Shown: positions 1 to 13,960, counted from the first letter of the stretch. The stretch is DNA of 64,000 nt from Mobula hypostoma (GCF_963921235.1 NC_086108.1:2852001-2916000); one strand, 5' to 3'. The notes: generated from the sequence alone by a model not told the origin. Program-made: numbers and translations.

Positions 1-469
1 TTCATCTGCATGTGATAGTATTCCCAATTCTCCACTCAGGACTTGTTGGACTGACAGTAATGGAAACCAAGAGGAGGCTACTGACACGATGAAGGAAGCC
101 CTGCACATCACCAGAGATGCAGGACCTTCGTTACTGCTCTAAACACCGGCAACATAGCAGGCAGTAGGCAAGTACTCCTGTCATGCATTGTGGAACGTTT
201 TATGACGTTGTTAATGCTATATTGGTGCAAATTATTGTTATTGTCAGTTTTTGAATATATTCTTTAATAGTCTTTGAAGAGCAACTCTACAATGGACCAG
301 AGACACAAAGAACATGGTGCAATATTAATGAACAACGCCACGAAGTGCAGTTTTTTTCCAATAAGACCAATTACTGACACCACTTTTAAGATACAAGTCA
401 CAACACTCTTCCCTACATCACAATGGTCCATGATTAATCCTGAATACAATTATGAAGAAGGCACGGTAG

Positions 470-1200
470 CACCTCTACTTCGTTAGGAGTTTGTAGAGAT
501 TCAGCCTTCTATAGATGTGTGGTGGAGAGTATATTGACCAGCTGCATCACAGCCTGGTATGGACACACCAATGCCCTTGAACAGAAAATCCTACACAAAG
601 TAGGATCTGGCTCAGTCCATCACGGGTAAAGCCCTCCCCCCACTCAGCACAGGAAAGCAGTATCCAGGGACCCTCACTGCCCACGTCATGCTCTCTTCTC
701 ACTGCTGCCATTGGGAAGAAGGTTTGGGAGCCTCAGGTCCCACACCACCAGGTTCAGGAACAGTTGTTACCCCACAACCATCAGGCTCCTGAACCAGTGT
801 GGATAACTTCACTCACCACAATGAGCCTCAGGTCCCACACCACCAGGTTCAGGAACAGTTATTACCCCACAACCATCAGGCTCCTGAACTAGAGGGGATA
901 ATTTCACTTGCCCCATCATTGAAATGTTCCCAGAACCTATGGACTCACTCTCAAGGACTTTCCATCTCATGTTCTCAATATTTATTGTTTATTATTATTA
1001 TTATTTCTTCTTTTTCTATTTGGAGAGTTTGTTGACCTGCACTCTGGTTGAACGCCCTAGTTGTGGGGTCTTTCACTGATGGTGTTATGGTTATTATTCT
1101 ATGGGCTTACTGAGTATGCCCACAAGAAAACAAATCTCAGGGTTGTATATGGGTACATATACATACTTCGATAATAAAATTTACTTTTGAACTTTGAATG
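470..1200 (+). mobile_element. Rex1-type 3' fragment with an internal ~94-bp tandem duplication (about 729-916)
   Basis: 'ccaccaggttcaggaacagtt...accatcaggctcctgaac' occurs twice. Tail ataataaa...tttgaactttgaa. Confidence 0.65.
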
Positions 1201-1779
1201 CCTGTTTTGTAATTTCAAAATCATAGAGTCATAGAGCTCTACAGCACAGAAACAAGCTGTTGTTCTGCTTAATCACATTGAATCACACATGGACCATAGA
1301 CATTTCACCTTTCACCCACAACCTCTAGTTGTCATCTCATTCAAGCTCAGTGGAAAAAGCCTGCTTGCATTTACCCTATCTGGTTGGTTGGTGGTTGGCA
1401 TCCGTCTGTCTCAAAGGACAATGGGTGATGATCATGATCATCACAAGACTGGGCAGAAGGTCTGGAGATCCTGAGATGCCCAGTCATCAAGGTCCCCCTC
1501 TCGGCCTCACCAGTGTAGTCCAAAGGAAAGCTTATGAAGCAATACTCCTGGCACCAGCTTGGCTGCAGGACCTGCTGGAAGGGTGTTCAATCATGTCCAG
1601 CTGCCTTAGGGGCTCCAATCTGGAGTTATATACCCTGTATAATTTTGTACATCTCTATCAAATCTCCTCTCCTGCTCCTATGCTCCAAGGAATAAACTGC
1701 AAACCTATTCAACCTTTCCTTGTAACTCACCTCCTGGCAACATCCTTGAAAATTTCCTCTGTATTCTTCCAATCCCTTT

Positions 1780-2275
1780 CCTGTAGTACATGGTCTTATG
1801 CTGCTGTAGCCCATCCACTTCAAGGGGTTCAACGTGTGGAGTGTTCAGAGATGCTCTTCTGCACACCACTGTTGTAACACATGGTTATTTGAGTTACTGT
1901 CAGCTCGAACCAGTCTGATCTTTCTCCTCGGAGCTCTCTCATTAACAAGGCATTTTCACCCACAGAACTGTCGCTCACTGGATGATTTTTCTTTTGCTTC
2001 TCGCACCATTCTCTGTAAACTCTAGAGACCGTTGTGTGTCAAAATCCCAGGAGATCAGCAGTTTCTGAGATACTCCGCCTGTCATCAACAGTCATTTCAC
2101 GGTCAAAGTCACTGAGATCACATTCCCTTCCCATTCTGATGTTTGGTCTGAACAACAACTGAACCTCTTGACCATGTCGGCATGCTTTTATGCACTGAGT
2201 TGCTGCCACATGATTGTCCAATTAGATATTTGCATTAATGAGCAGGTGTACCTAATAAAGTGGCCGCGGAGTGTA
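1780..2275 (-). mobile_element. Tc1-like non-autonomous element
   Basis: Terminal 'tacctaataaagtggcc..gagtg|ta' and an HTH-like remnant (SISETADLLGF). Homologous to 10051-11649. Confidence 0.75.
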
Positions 2276-3714
2276 CACGTGTGGCAGAGTGACACAGTGG
2301 GTTAAGGTGCTGTCTCACAGCCCCAGCAATCCAGGCTCATTCCTGACATTGGGTACTGTCTGTGAGAAGTTTGCATGTTCTTCTGGGTGTTCCAGTTCCG
2401 CCCCAAAGGCATGCCAGTTGGTAGGTTAATTAACTGTCAGCAGGTTAATTAGCGGTGTAAATTGCCCCTATCGTGCAGGTGAATGGTAGAACATGGGTAC
2501 GGTGGGGGGGGGGGTGGAGCTGATGAAAATGTTCAAATGGTTCCATTTAATATCACAGAATACGGTCTGAAATTCTTACTCTTTGCAAAACAAGATACAA
2601 AGAATGACTGACAGAAACATCAGAATCCCAAAGCACTCCCACACAAGCAGCTGTACTAAAGCATCAACCTTCCGCCACTTGCTCCAGGAGAAGCACCAAC
2701 CCCCATCACGTAAACAATAGCAAAAAGCCCCCAAAGAGACCATCAACGACTGTGGTAAATAACCCAGTACTTCGGTATCTCAGACAGGTTCTCTCTCTCT
2801 CACCGGTGAGGCAGAGAGAGAGGTCGCTCTCCTGCAATGAGAGCGGGAGACCAGCAACTCGCTGTTTCCATTTTGCAGTATTCCACGTCGCTGCTCCGAG
2901 TCCCCCGACTCGGGGACTGACAGGCTGTCACTCTCCACTGAAAGGCAGAGAGGATAAGAAGGTACAGAGCGTGAGAACTGGGAATAAAGTAGGACTAGTG
3001 CAAATCGATGTCTGCTCGCCAGACTGGACTCGGGGCTGTAGGCCTGATTCTGTTCTGTGCCCTTCTGGCTCCATGAGGATGGTGGTGAACCTTGGGAACT
3101 CTCTACCCTGGGTCAATCACTGAGCACATTCAGAAGAGACCAATAGATTTTTCATTATTCAGACCACACGTCCAAGGACCAACTTATTTACTGCCTGGCA
3201 CACTACTGGTGTTTTGGGCAGCAATGAAGGTTCTCCATCGCTGGCAGTGTTTGGGGCTTCCCTCATCACGTCAGTCATGTAAGTCCCGGGTGGAGACTCA
3301 GGAATACCCTCACACTCAGATGTAGGATTCTTCATTGCTGTTTCTGTAACAATTTTGTTTGACCAGTCAGGGTTGTTCGCCCTGAGCTGAACCCTTGAAC
3401 CCAGCGGACCAGTGGACTACGCTTAGTCTGGCCTCTGCCCTTTGACCTGTTTGGCGTGGGTGACCCTACCAAGAGCCAAAGCCAACTCCAGCCAAGATAA
3501 CTGTCCAGGTCATTGAGGCATACAAGCCTCCAAACCCTATCGCAACGTTGTGGTCCTCTTGGAAGACCAAGGACAAAGGATCAACTTTATTCACGGTAAG
3601 TATGAGGAATGAGTGAAGACAGGTGAATGACCATAGTAACCAGAATCAAAATCAAAATAGGTTTTAACATCTCTGGCGTATGTTGCGAAATTTGTTGCAA
3701 TGCAGCAGCTGTAC

Positions 3715-4190
3715 ATTGAGAGATGGTGAGGGCTTCCGTCAGTCAGAGTCGACAATGGAGCTTGTGTCCTGGCTGGCTACATACAGAAGCCAGGGCAGGA
3801 CGATATGGAGAGCAAGCTGTTGTCCGTGCAGCAAGCTCCCCCTCTTCACAAATCTGATGAACCCAAAGGAATGGCAGAGACCAATAAAGTTTGGTAGCAG
3901 AGGTGTCACAGGAGTTGCCAGCCAGCATTGAACTCAATGTAGGACTGCCTTGGGGACTCCTGCTCCGGATTTTTCCCCTGGAGATTACTCCTGAAGCCTT
4001 CCCCATGAGTGGGTATAGCCACGAGACAGCGGAGGTTTAAGATCAGAGTTTTCCTTCTCCTCGATGAGCTGCCAACCACGGCTGATGAGCCCCATCTGCC
4101 CGAAGTGACTGGTTCCAATATGCCAGTAAGCCACCTTTACCCCTTCTCCTATCAGTAGAAACGGTTCCACCAGACTTAGTGGCTAAGCCA
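3715..4190 (-). mobile_element. RTE-related non-autonomous element
   Basis: Minus strand 'ggggctcatcagccgtggttggcagctcatcgaggagaaggaaaactctgatcttaaacc' resembles RTE 5' UTRs. Partly similar to 1380-1625. Confidence 0.5.
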
Positions 4191-4214
4191 GGTGTGTGTG
4201 CGCGCGCGCGTGTG

Positions 4215-5025
4215 TGTAACCCTCAGGTTCTGTCGGCTGTGTAAGTCTCGGGAAGACGATCTCTGGCCTCGCCAACTGGGTGGGATTGAGATGCGAGTCC
4301 ACCCTAAAAACCCCGTTTGTGTGGATGCTGTGTGATTTGTTACCGTTACAAATCAGTACTTTAAATAACAGAGAGTACACTGCATACAATTTAGCTTTAC
4401 AATTCTTAATTTGACTACAGGGTTAGTGAAGATAAAGCAACCCATTTTAATGAAACAGCCTATGTACAAGTTGGAGCTCATGGTTTCCCTTTCACCGATC
4501 CTTTTTTTTATATACAAAATATCTTCATTACAAATTCAGTGCTATATATACAAAACAGTGACTAACACAATTACTTCACTACAGACAGACAATACACCTT
4601 AAACCAAATGTTTCCATCTCTGTCAATGACGGCTATAGCCCCCCGCAGAGCCCCACAGTCCCAGAACACCTCTATGGTCACCGTGGACAGTGCGTCTTCC
4701 TTCTCAATATTTACACGGGCACGAACATACCCCCTAAACGTGGCCAGGCATTCTGCCCGGGCAGATCCCCCTGCCATTCGTTTCCAACCGATCCTCCTCT
4801 GATCTCCCCGGCCTTCGTCGGGTCATGGCTCCACTCCGGAATCTTCTCTCTTCATCTCCCGCCGAAACAAGAGACCAAGATCACCCTGGTATCAGGCACA
4901 GAGCACGAAAACACCCTTCTGTCATTGGACAGCTCACATTGCAAAGCACCGGTTATCTCTAACCATAACCCAAACACTGCTTCTACAGAAAGATCGTTAC
5001 GTTAGCAGTGAAAGCTTTCCCAGGG
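4215..5025. mobile_element. Possible solo LTR hosting the Tx1 fragment
   Basis: Begins TGTAAC and is flanked by (TG)n on both sides. The right terminus is not clean. Confidence 0.3.
4502..4777 (-). mobile_element. Tx1-type LINE 3' end with A-rich tail
   Basis: CLATFRGYVRARVNIEKE resembles a Tx1 ORF2 C-terminus. T-run at 4502. 'accgatcct' occurs on both flanks (possible target-site duplication). Confidence 0.65.
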
Positions 5026-5289
5026 GGGTGTGTGTGTGTGTATGGAATGGGGTTTGTTTTGTTGTTTGTTGTGTTCTGTGTTGTTCTGCTGAACATTGTG
5101 GGGAGGGTACATTGGTGCCAGAATGTGTGGTATCACTTACAGGCTGTCCCCAGTACGTCGTTAGGTTGTGTTGGTTATTTATACAAACAATCCGTTTCAC
5201 TTTATGTTTCAACATACACATGATAAACAAACTTTAATTTAAATTTTGAAGCATAGATCACCCTTATGTTGCTTTTCAGAGCATTATTG

Positions 5290-6260
5290 TCCCACAGGCC
5301 TTGTTCCACACAGCTTGGTGTAAATACAACACTGTGTAACTGGGTGTTGGACTTCCTAGATAATGGACCTCAGAGTGTCAGGATGCACGAGCTCTCCTCC
5401 CTCCCCATCATCCACTCCAGGACTGTGTGCTGAGCCCAAGCCCGCTGCTACACTCCGCACACAGTAAACCCCTGAATGGTCACATCGTCAAGTTCACTGA
5501 TGACCAGCAGAGTCACCCTACAGAGAGGAGGAGGAAGAGCTTGAGACCTGGTGACCTCTTCCTCAAAGCCAACAAGATAACGTTATCAGCTTCAGGAGAA
5601 CTCGTGTCGCACAGCGGCACAGTGATGGAAACTACAAGCTGCAAACTCCTGGGGTGCACATCTCGCACAAACTCTCTTGGTCCCAGAACAGATGCTACAC
5701 TTTCAGGAAAGCTCACCAACACCTCTACTTTCTGAAGAGGCTGAAGGGAGCTGGACTTTGTGCATCTCTACTCACGTCACTCTGCAGAAGTGCAGTAGAG
5801 AAGCATTGCAACAAGCTGCATCACTGCATGGTACAGAAACTGAACTGTCCTAGACTGGAAGCCTCTACAACAGGAAGTCAAAACGCCCATGCATCTCGGG
5901 CACCAGCCTACCCACTGTCAAGGACATACACAGACAGGTGCTGGAGAAAGGCCAGTAGCATCACGAAGGATCTCACCCACCCTACTCAGGGACTGTTTGC
6001 CCCACTCCCACCAGGGAGGAGGCTACATAGCATCCAAGCCAGGACCACCAGAGTCTAATACAGTTACTTTCCCCAAGCAGTAAGGCTGATCGACTCCTCT
6101 ACCCACTAACCCATCCCTCCACACTCCCAACCACCACTATTTTATCAACTCCTACCAGTCACCTTATGTGCAGACACCCCTGTGCCTAGCGTCACTCTAT
6201 GGATATACAATCAAACTATGTATACAAGCTATCCTATATATTCATATTTATTGTGCTCCT
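5290..6260 (+). mobile_element. Degenerate Rex1-type LINE fragment
   Basis: IVKFTDD, KAHQHLYFLKRLK and LPPGRR motifs. Confidence 0.75.
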
Positions 6261-7751
6261 TAGTGACAAAGCTCCGTGGGAGACTGAAACATCAAGTCAG
6301 TAGGTAGTGTGTGCCACTGTCAGAAGAAGGTCCCTGTACTCGAGTGATCCCTCTCTTTCTCAATGGAGGGTGAGAGCCTGTCGGTCCTCGAGTCGGAGCC
6401 TCGGAGAAGCGACGTGGAAGATTGTAACACGGGAACAGCGAGCTGCTGGTCTCCCACTCTCACTGCGGCAGGAGCGACCTCTCTTTCCCTCGATGGAGAG
6501 AGGCAGCCTGTCTGAGATGGAACGGTGGCTTTGATAGACTCTAGATCAATGTCTCTTTGGGGCTTGCAATGGTGGTGGATCAACGCTTCTGCCGCTGCTT
6601 GTGCATGCGAGGGGGAGAGGCTTTGGGGCTCTGATGTTTCTGTTACTCTTTCTTTGCGGTTTCTTGTTTCATGATACCTGTGAAGAGTAAGAATTTCAGG
6701 TACACATTTTCTGATATTACATTGAACCCTTTGAACCATTTTTGGGTTTTTTATCTTATCGTGTTTACTTTGTGCTGCATTGAATCTGGAGTAACAATTA
6801 TTTCTTTCTCTTTTACACGTGTGTACTGGAAATGACATTAAACAATCTTGAATCTTAAGAGAAAAATTGTTAAAGTCCACTGCTTACAAAGTACAGATTC
6901 AAGTTCAGTTTTATTTATCAAACGTACATGGAGATATACAATGAAGTGCATCATTTGCATTAGCAACCGACACAGCTAGAGATGTGCTAAGGGCAGACTG
7001 CAATGGTCGCCACACATCCCAATGCCCCATTAGCAAGCCCACCGCGTGTAGCAGCACCCCAACGAGAAAGCAGGATGAGCAAAGTTAAAGGAGAATTTTC
7101 TGTTACAATAACACTTCAAAATGTCGCAGGGTGGAGTGATTGCCGCCATCACTTTCGTTTCCTGCTGCTGTCTGGAACATTAGGGATGGAAACAGAATGG
7201 ATTGCCCTAGCCCTCGTGCCTCCATCTCTGTTTGATCTGAAGGAGAAGGCAGCCTTCTGATGTCAAGCTTGCAACTGAACGGGGCTCTGCATCTGAATGC
7301 AGACAGCATGCAGAGAACAATCTCTAAAGCAGCGACACAACAAAGCTGATTGTTATGCAGGCAACAGGCTCAAAGAAAACCCCAGCTGCTTCCTCTGCAT
7401 AATTCTGCTTTAGAAATTCAAATGCATAATGCTGATTTTTTCCAGTATTATACCTCTGGGAAAAAAGGGATTTTGTTTCTGGATTGGTAACGAAATGGCT
7501 TCATATCAATCTGAAAATTTAGTTGGTGACTTCCACATTTTTAGCTTTGATTTTACAATCTATACTGCTCCTTACAGTCTGCCTACACTTCCTCTCTAAC
7601 TGTGACACTAGATTAAGTTCGCTTTATTTTTCACATGTACATGGGAGCAGGTGGTGGATGGTCGTATGAGCAGCTGGTGCATATCACAAATCCTGGTTAT
7701 ATGACCACTGACGCCAGGTAGACAATCTTTGAAGAGGATTGATCATGGCTG

Positions 7752-8439
7752 GGTTGAGTTGTTCTCTGATCTTCGCAATTTTCTTGCAAACTTTTCATCA
7801 CCATATGAGGTGACATCATTAGTACACTGTTAATTGTGGTGTGTCCTCCAAATGGTTTGCCTTTATATACTTTGCAGACCAAAAGAGTCAACCAAGCTAC
7901 TAGACAAGGCTGATGTGGAGACTGTAGGAAATGTTACGTCGGCCAAACTGGGAGAAAACTTTCCACAAGGATTCGTGAACATCAGCCGGCTGTGAAGCGC
8001 ATGACCAACTCTCCCTTGTCTTTACCCATGAAGATCGAGAGGGGCACTATTTCGACTGGGTGTCAGTGGCACAAGCGAACACGCCACATGGAACAGAATT
8101 CCTAGAAGTACAGGTTTGCATGCACAATTCAGTATACAAACATGTAGACCTTGATCCTATTTATCAGCCAATGCGGTCAAAATTCCTGACCGCAATGCAC
8201 GAAGTTCACCACACAATCAGTGATGATAGTTCCTCCCCACATCACAATTGCCATCCAATCTGCTGATTGAAAATCATATCAAGACCAAGCATTCGGGGAC
8301 ACTCCACAATCAACAGCGCGCTGATGATGTCTCCTCATACGGTGACGAAACGTTTGCAAGTAAATTGCCAAGATCGGAGAACAACTCGACGCAACTGTCA
8401 ACCACTCGAGCTAGACATTTTCCAAATTAATTCCAATAC
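7752..8439 (+). mobile_element. Penelope-like element: inverted pseudo-LTR + GIY-YIG remnant + pseudo-LTR
   Basis: CGDCRKCYVGQTGRKLSTRIREH...GHYFDW. 7752-7870 is an inverted copy of about 8275-8392. 12-bp flanking duplication tgat(c/a)atggctg at 7740-7751 and 8440-8451. Confidence 0.88.
8316..8358 (+). ncRNA. Minimal type I hammerhead ribozyme motif in the Penelope pseudo-LTR
   Basis: gcg-CTGATGA-t-gtctcc(tcatac)ggtgac-GAAAC-GTT-tgc. Confidence 0.6.
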
Positions 8440-10050
8440 TGATAATGGCTGAGGTCACCCATCTTGTAAAGACACTGCCCAGAAGAAGGCAATGGCAAAC
8501 CACTTCTGTAGAAACATTTTCCAAAAACAATCATGATCATGATCACCCACGGCACATAACGAACAAACGCACATCAAAACATTGAAATACACAGTGAAAT
8601 GCGTTGTTTACGCCAGCGACCAGCATAATTCAAGGATTGTGCTGGCTGAGCTTCTGGTGCCAACATAGCATGCTCACTGTTTATTAACCCTAACCAGTAC
8701 GTCTTCGGAATGTGGGAGGAAGCCAGAGCACCCGGAGGAAACCCACGCAGTCACAGGGAGAATGTAGGAACTCTTAAAGGCAGCAGCGGAAGGCAACCTG
8801 GATTGCCGCCACTACAATAACATGGGGTAAACTGCTACACTATATTCTGTTTTTCCCATCTGCTACCTCGAGGTGCTGATGGGATGCAATGACGTGTGTG
8901 TGGATTTCACGGAAAACAATGTCTTTCCACTCTGCCTTGGTACATGTGTCAATAACAAAACAATTGGCAACTTACTATGCGGAAAGTTATGGGACATCCA
9001 ATATGTCGCCCCAAGAGCAAACATAGTTGAACATCGCTGAGGATCTACTGTGAGCAGCAGCAAAGAAAGCACGTCAGCCGCTATATTTCATGAGGACTTT
9101 GAGGAGATCTGGTATGTCGCCAAAGACACTCGCAAATTTCTACAGATGTTCTGTGGAGAGCATTCTAACTGGCTGCGTCAGCGTCTGGTATGTACAAGAT
9201 TGGCGCTCAGCCAGATCCATCATGGGTTGTTCTATGCTTAAGGTGCAACGTCTAGAACAAGATACTTGTTTTCTTTTGCACGGTGGTTGTCAATCTTTGT
9301 TTATGTATAGTTCTCTGCAAAACTCTGTTGTATTCCTTTTTCCTGTACATGCTTGCAGGAAAATCAACCTCCAGGTAGTTAGTACTGTATATGTATTTTG
9401 AAAATAAATTTATGTTAAACTTTGATGCTTCAAAGTACTTTGAAATTTGAAGGAATTGTGCTTTCAGTAGCTAAAGGACAAACTGGAAAACCAGTTCAAC
9501 TTGTTTAAACACAAGTCAATCTGTCAGCAAAACTGCAGAATCCTGAATGAAAATCTGCCCTCTCCAGAAAAAAAAATGGCATCGTGATGTGTTCATCGCC
9601 ACTCTTAGCTGCTGACTGACACCCTAAAGTATTGATAATGATCCTGTAACCAAAGGCTTCTCCACAAAATAACTATCTTCTGTCAGTTGCCATGGTGATC
9701 CAGCCTCTTTGCAGTGAACTCAGTCTAATCAAACCTGGACCTTGAACAAATGATTGCAATCACAATTACCATGATCGATGCAAAAAAATCACCTCAGATT
9801 ATCAATCAGGCCATTCTGTTAAACTCCCGCTGGAAGGAACACTCAAATTCTATCCTGACTGGTTATATGTATTATACTTAATATCAATAGTTTCATTTAC
9901 CATCAGAGAATGTATACAATATACAACCTAAAATTCTTCTTCTTTGCAGACTTCCACAAAAACAGAAGAGTGCCCCAAAGAATGAGTGACAGTAGAAAGA
10001 ATAGAACCCCAAAGCCCCCTCCAACACACAAGGAGCAGCAAAGCAACAAT

Positions 10051-11649
10051 GCAGCGGCCACTTTATTAGGTACGCCTGCTCGTTAATGCAAATATCTAAT
10101 CAGCCAATCATATGGCAGCAATTCAATGCATACAAGCATGCAGACATGGCCAAGAGGTTCCATTCAAACATCAGAATGGGGAAAAAAAATATGATCAAAG
10201 TGGGCTTGATGGTGGACTGATTGTTGGTGCCAGACGGGGTGATATGGGTATCTCAGAAACTGCTGATCTCCTGGGATTTTCACACACATTGGTCTCTAGA
10301 GTTTACAGGGAATGATGTGAAAAAACAAAAGAACGTCCAGCAGGTGGCAGTTCTGTGGGTGAAAATGAGAGAGGTTAGAGGAGAGTGGCCAGACTGAGGT
10401 GATACAGTAGCTTGGCGGTAAGCACGATGCGATTACAGCTCGGGTTAATTGGTGATTGTATATTCTCCTGTGATTAGGCTAGGGTTAAATAGGTGGGTTT
10501 CTGGGTGGCACAGCTCGTTGGGGCTGGAAGGGCCTATTCTACACTGTATCCCTAAATTTAAAAAATTATAAACAAGGTCAGAGAATGGCCAGAGTGGTTC
10601 AGGCTGACAGGAAGGAGACAGTAACTCAAAGATTCAAAGTACATTTATTAACGAAGTATGTATGCAGTATACAACCCTGAGATTTGTCTTCCTGTAGACA
10701 GCCACGAAACAAAGAAACAGGTTGAACAAGTTAGGTCTTTATTCTTTGGAGTGTAGAAGGTTGAGGGGGGACTTGATAGAGGTGTTTAAAATTATGAGGG
10801 GAATTGACAGAGTTGACGTGGATAGGCTTTTTTCATTGAGAGTGGGGGAGATTCAAACAAGAGGACATGAGTTGAGAGTTAAAGGGCAAAAGTTTAGGGG
10901 TAACATGAGGGGGAAACTTCTTTACTCAGAGAGTGGTAGCTGTGTGGAATGAGCTTCCAGTAGAAGTGGTTGAGGCAGGTTCGATGTTGTCATTTAAAGT
11001 TAAATTGGATAGATGTATGGACAGGAAAGGAATGGAGGGTTATGGGCTGAGTGCAGGTCGGTGGGACTAGGTGAGAGTAAGAGTTTGGCACAGACTAGAA
11101 GGGCTGAGATGGCCTGTCTCCGTGCTGTAATTGTTATATGGTTGTTTTTTATATATATATAAACACTATGGGAAATTTTCAAAGAAAACATCAAACCCCA
11201 ACATGCAGAAAAATGACCAGATCACAAAAACAGCGAAAAAATGTGAGAAACACACTCATAAAACACCAAACCACAAAGTCACTGAATGAGCCCAGGAAAC
11301 AAAGAAACACCATGGAACGTTTTCAAAGAAAACATCAAACCCTACTGTGCAGAAAAATGACCAGATCGCACTGACAGTGAAAAAAGATGAGTGAGAAACA
11401 CAGAATATAAAGCACCAAACCACAAAGTCATCGAATGAGCCCGGGCATATTCAGCTCACTTCAATCCAGCACTGTGTCATTCATTATCGGCCGGCCAGCT
11501 TACAACAGAGGTGGGCAGAGGAGCATTTCTGAGCTCAGAACATGTTGAACTTTGAGGTGGATGGGCTATAGCAGCAGAAGACCAAGGACATACACTCAGT
11601 GGCCACTTTATTAGGTATATGACGTATCTAATTAAGTGGCCCGAGTGTA
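10051..11649 (+). mobile_element. Tc1-like non-autonomous element split by nested SINE and CR1 insertions
   Basis: Inverted ends 'ggccactttattaggta' and 'tatctaattaagtggcccgagtg|ta'. GISETADLLGFSHT remnant. The element resumes near 10575 and 11490. Confidence 0.75.
10718..11150 (+). mobile_element. CR1 3' fragment
   Basis: LGLYSLECRRLRGDLIEVFKIM motif followed by CR1 3' UTR. Confidence 0.9.
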
Positions 11650-12019
11650 TTTGCAGTGTACGACCGTGTTACAGAGGCTCTAGACTTTCAAATCCTTGCA
11701 TCACTGATGGAACAAGAAAAGAAAACACACCACACTTAATAGGAAGGCTGTAGGGATCAAGGATTAAGGATTATCTTTATTTGCCATATACATTTACATG
11801 TCTAAATGTATACGAGGGAGGGACTGGCCTGAAATGTTGACTCTTTATGCCTTTCCATAAATGCTTCCTGCCCTGTTGCATTCCTCCAGCATTTTGTGTG
11901 TCACATTTGTGTGTTGACACGACATGCAACAAGAAATGACATTCAACAATTATAAAGAATTATATAAAAGATGAAATTAGAGGTTAAAGTACAGATATGG
12001 AATTAAACGTGCATAAATT

Positions 12020-12560
12020 ATTTGGTCACCTGCAGGAAAAACTGTCATTAAGATTGAAAGAGTGCAGGTAAAATTTACAAGGATGATGCTAGGACTTGAG
12101 GAACTGAGTTATAGGGAAGCTTCAAAGTGCAAAAAAGTTCATAAAAAAAGGCTGAATTGGTTGGGACGTTATTCCCTAGAGTATAGAAAAATGAGGGGAG
12201 ATTTGATAGAGGTATACAAAATTATGAGGGGCATAGATAGGGTTAATGTAGGGTGGCTTTTTCCACTGAGGTTGGGTGAGACTAGAACCAGACATCATGG
12301 GTTAAGGGCGAAAGGTGACATGTTTAAGGGGAATATGAGGGCCAAGTTATTCACTCAGGGGGTTGTGAGACTGTGGAACGAGCTGGTAGGGGAAGTGCTG
12401 GATATGAGTTCATTTCAACACTTAAGAAAAAATTGGACAGGTATATGGATGGGAAGGGTGTGGAGATGCAGGTCAATGGGACGAGGCAGATTAATAATTT
12501 GGCATGAACAAGATGGGCCAAAGGGCCTGTTTCTGTTCAGTAGTGGTCTCTGACTATAAA
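12020..12560 (+). mobile_element. CR1 3' fragment
   Basis: ORF 12062..12553 (YSLEYRKMRGDLIEVYKIM). Confidence 0.88.
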
Positions 12561-13062
12561 TGCATAACGTCATCGTGTTCGTACAATGTAAACTGTATTT
12601 TAAACACTGGTTTAAAGTGGTTACAGTGCAGTAACTGAGGTAATAGAAGGATGGGGGTCTAACTAGAATGGTTGACCTGGGGGAATAAACTCTTAAGTTC
12701 ACATGATTTCTTTTAATAGCGCTGTAACACTTTCCAGAAGGGAGCATTCAGAGTAGGTAGTTTGCAGGGTGGGTTGTGTCAGCAAAGATTTTCCTGCTGG
12801 ACACAAACAAGTTCTGCAATGATGGTCGACTGCAGCCAATGACCTTTTTTTGCTGACCTGACAGTTTGCTGTAGCTTTCGTATATCATGAGAGAGGATGC
12901 TGTACCAAACCAGACAGTAATGTCTGATGTGAGGATGTTCTGTATGAAGACAGTGTAGAAACACATCAGTATGTTCTGGGGAAGATGGAATCAAGTGTTA
13001 TATATAAAAATATTATAGAAATACTGGAGCAGATGCAGAAGTTGAGATTAATGAGACTGGAT

Positions 13063-13960
13063 TCAACTACTGCACCAGAGTCTTGTCATCTTCAGAAGTT
13101 TTCGGATGACTCTGCCATAGTTGGATGCATCAGCAAGGGAGATGAGGCTGAGTACAGGGCTACGGTAGGAAACTTTGTCACATGGTGTGAGCAGAATTAT
13201 CTGCAGCTTAATGTGAAAAAGACTAAGGAGCTGGTGGTAGATCTGAGGAGAGCTAAGGTACTGGTGACCCCTGTTTCCATCCGGGGGGCAGTGTGGACAT
13301 GGTGGAGGATTACAAATACCTGGGGATACGAATTGACAATAAACTGGACTGGTCAAAGAACACTGAGGCTGTCTACAAGAAGGGTCAGAGCCGTCTCTAT
13401 TTCCTGAGGAGACTGAGGTCCTTTAACATCAGCCGGACGATGCTGAGGATGTTCTACGAGTCTGTGGTGGCCAGTGCTATCATGTTTGCTGTTGTGTGCT
13501 GGGGCAGCAGGCTGAGAGTGGCAGACACCAACAGAATCAACAAACTCATTCGTAAGGCCAGTGATGTTGTGGGGATGGAACTGGACTCTCTGATGGTGGT
13601 GTCTGAAAAGAGGATGCTGTCTAAGTTGCATGCCATCTTGGTCAATGTCTCCCACCCACCACATATGGACTGGTTGGGCACAGGAGTACATTAAGCCAGA
13701 GACTCATTCCACCGAGATGCAACACAGAGCATCATAGGAAGTCATTCCTGCCTGTGGCCATCAAACTTTACAACTCTTCCCTTGGAGGGTCAGACACCCT
13801 GAGCCAATAGGCTGGTCCTGGACTTATTTCATAATTTACTGGCATAATTTACATATTACTATTTAACTATTTATTGTTCTATTACTATTTATTATTTACG
13901 GGGCAACTGTAATGAAAACCAGTTTCCCCCGGGATCAATAAAGTATCACCATGACTATGA
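13063..13960 (+). mobile_element. Rex1/Babar-type LINE, 5'-truncated RT C-terminus and 3' UTR
   Basis: QKFSDDSAIVG, LNVKKTKELVVD, YKYLG, QSRLYFLRRLRSF. Ends caataaagta followed by short repeats. Confidence 0.88.
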
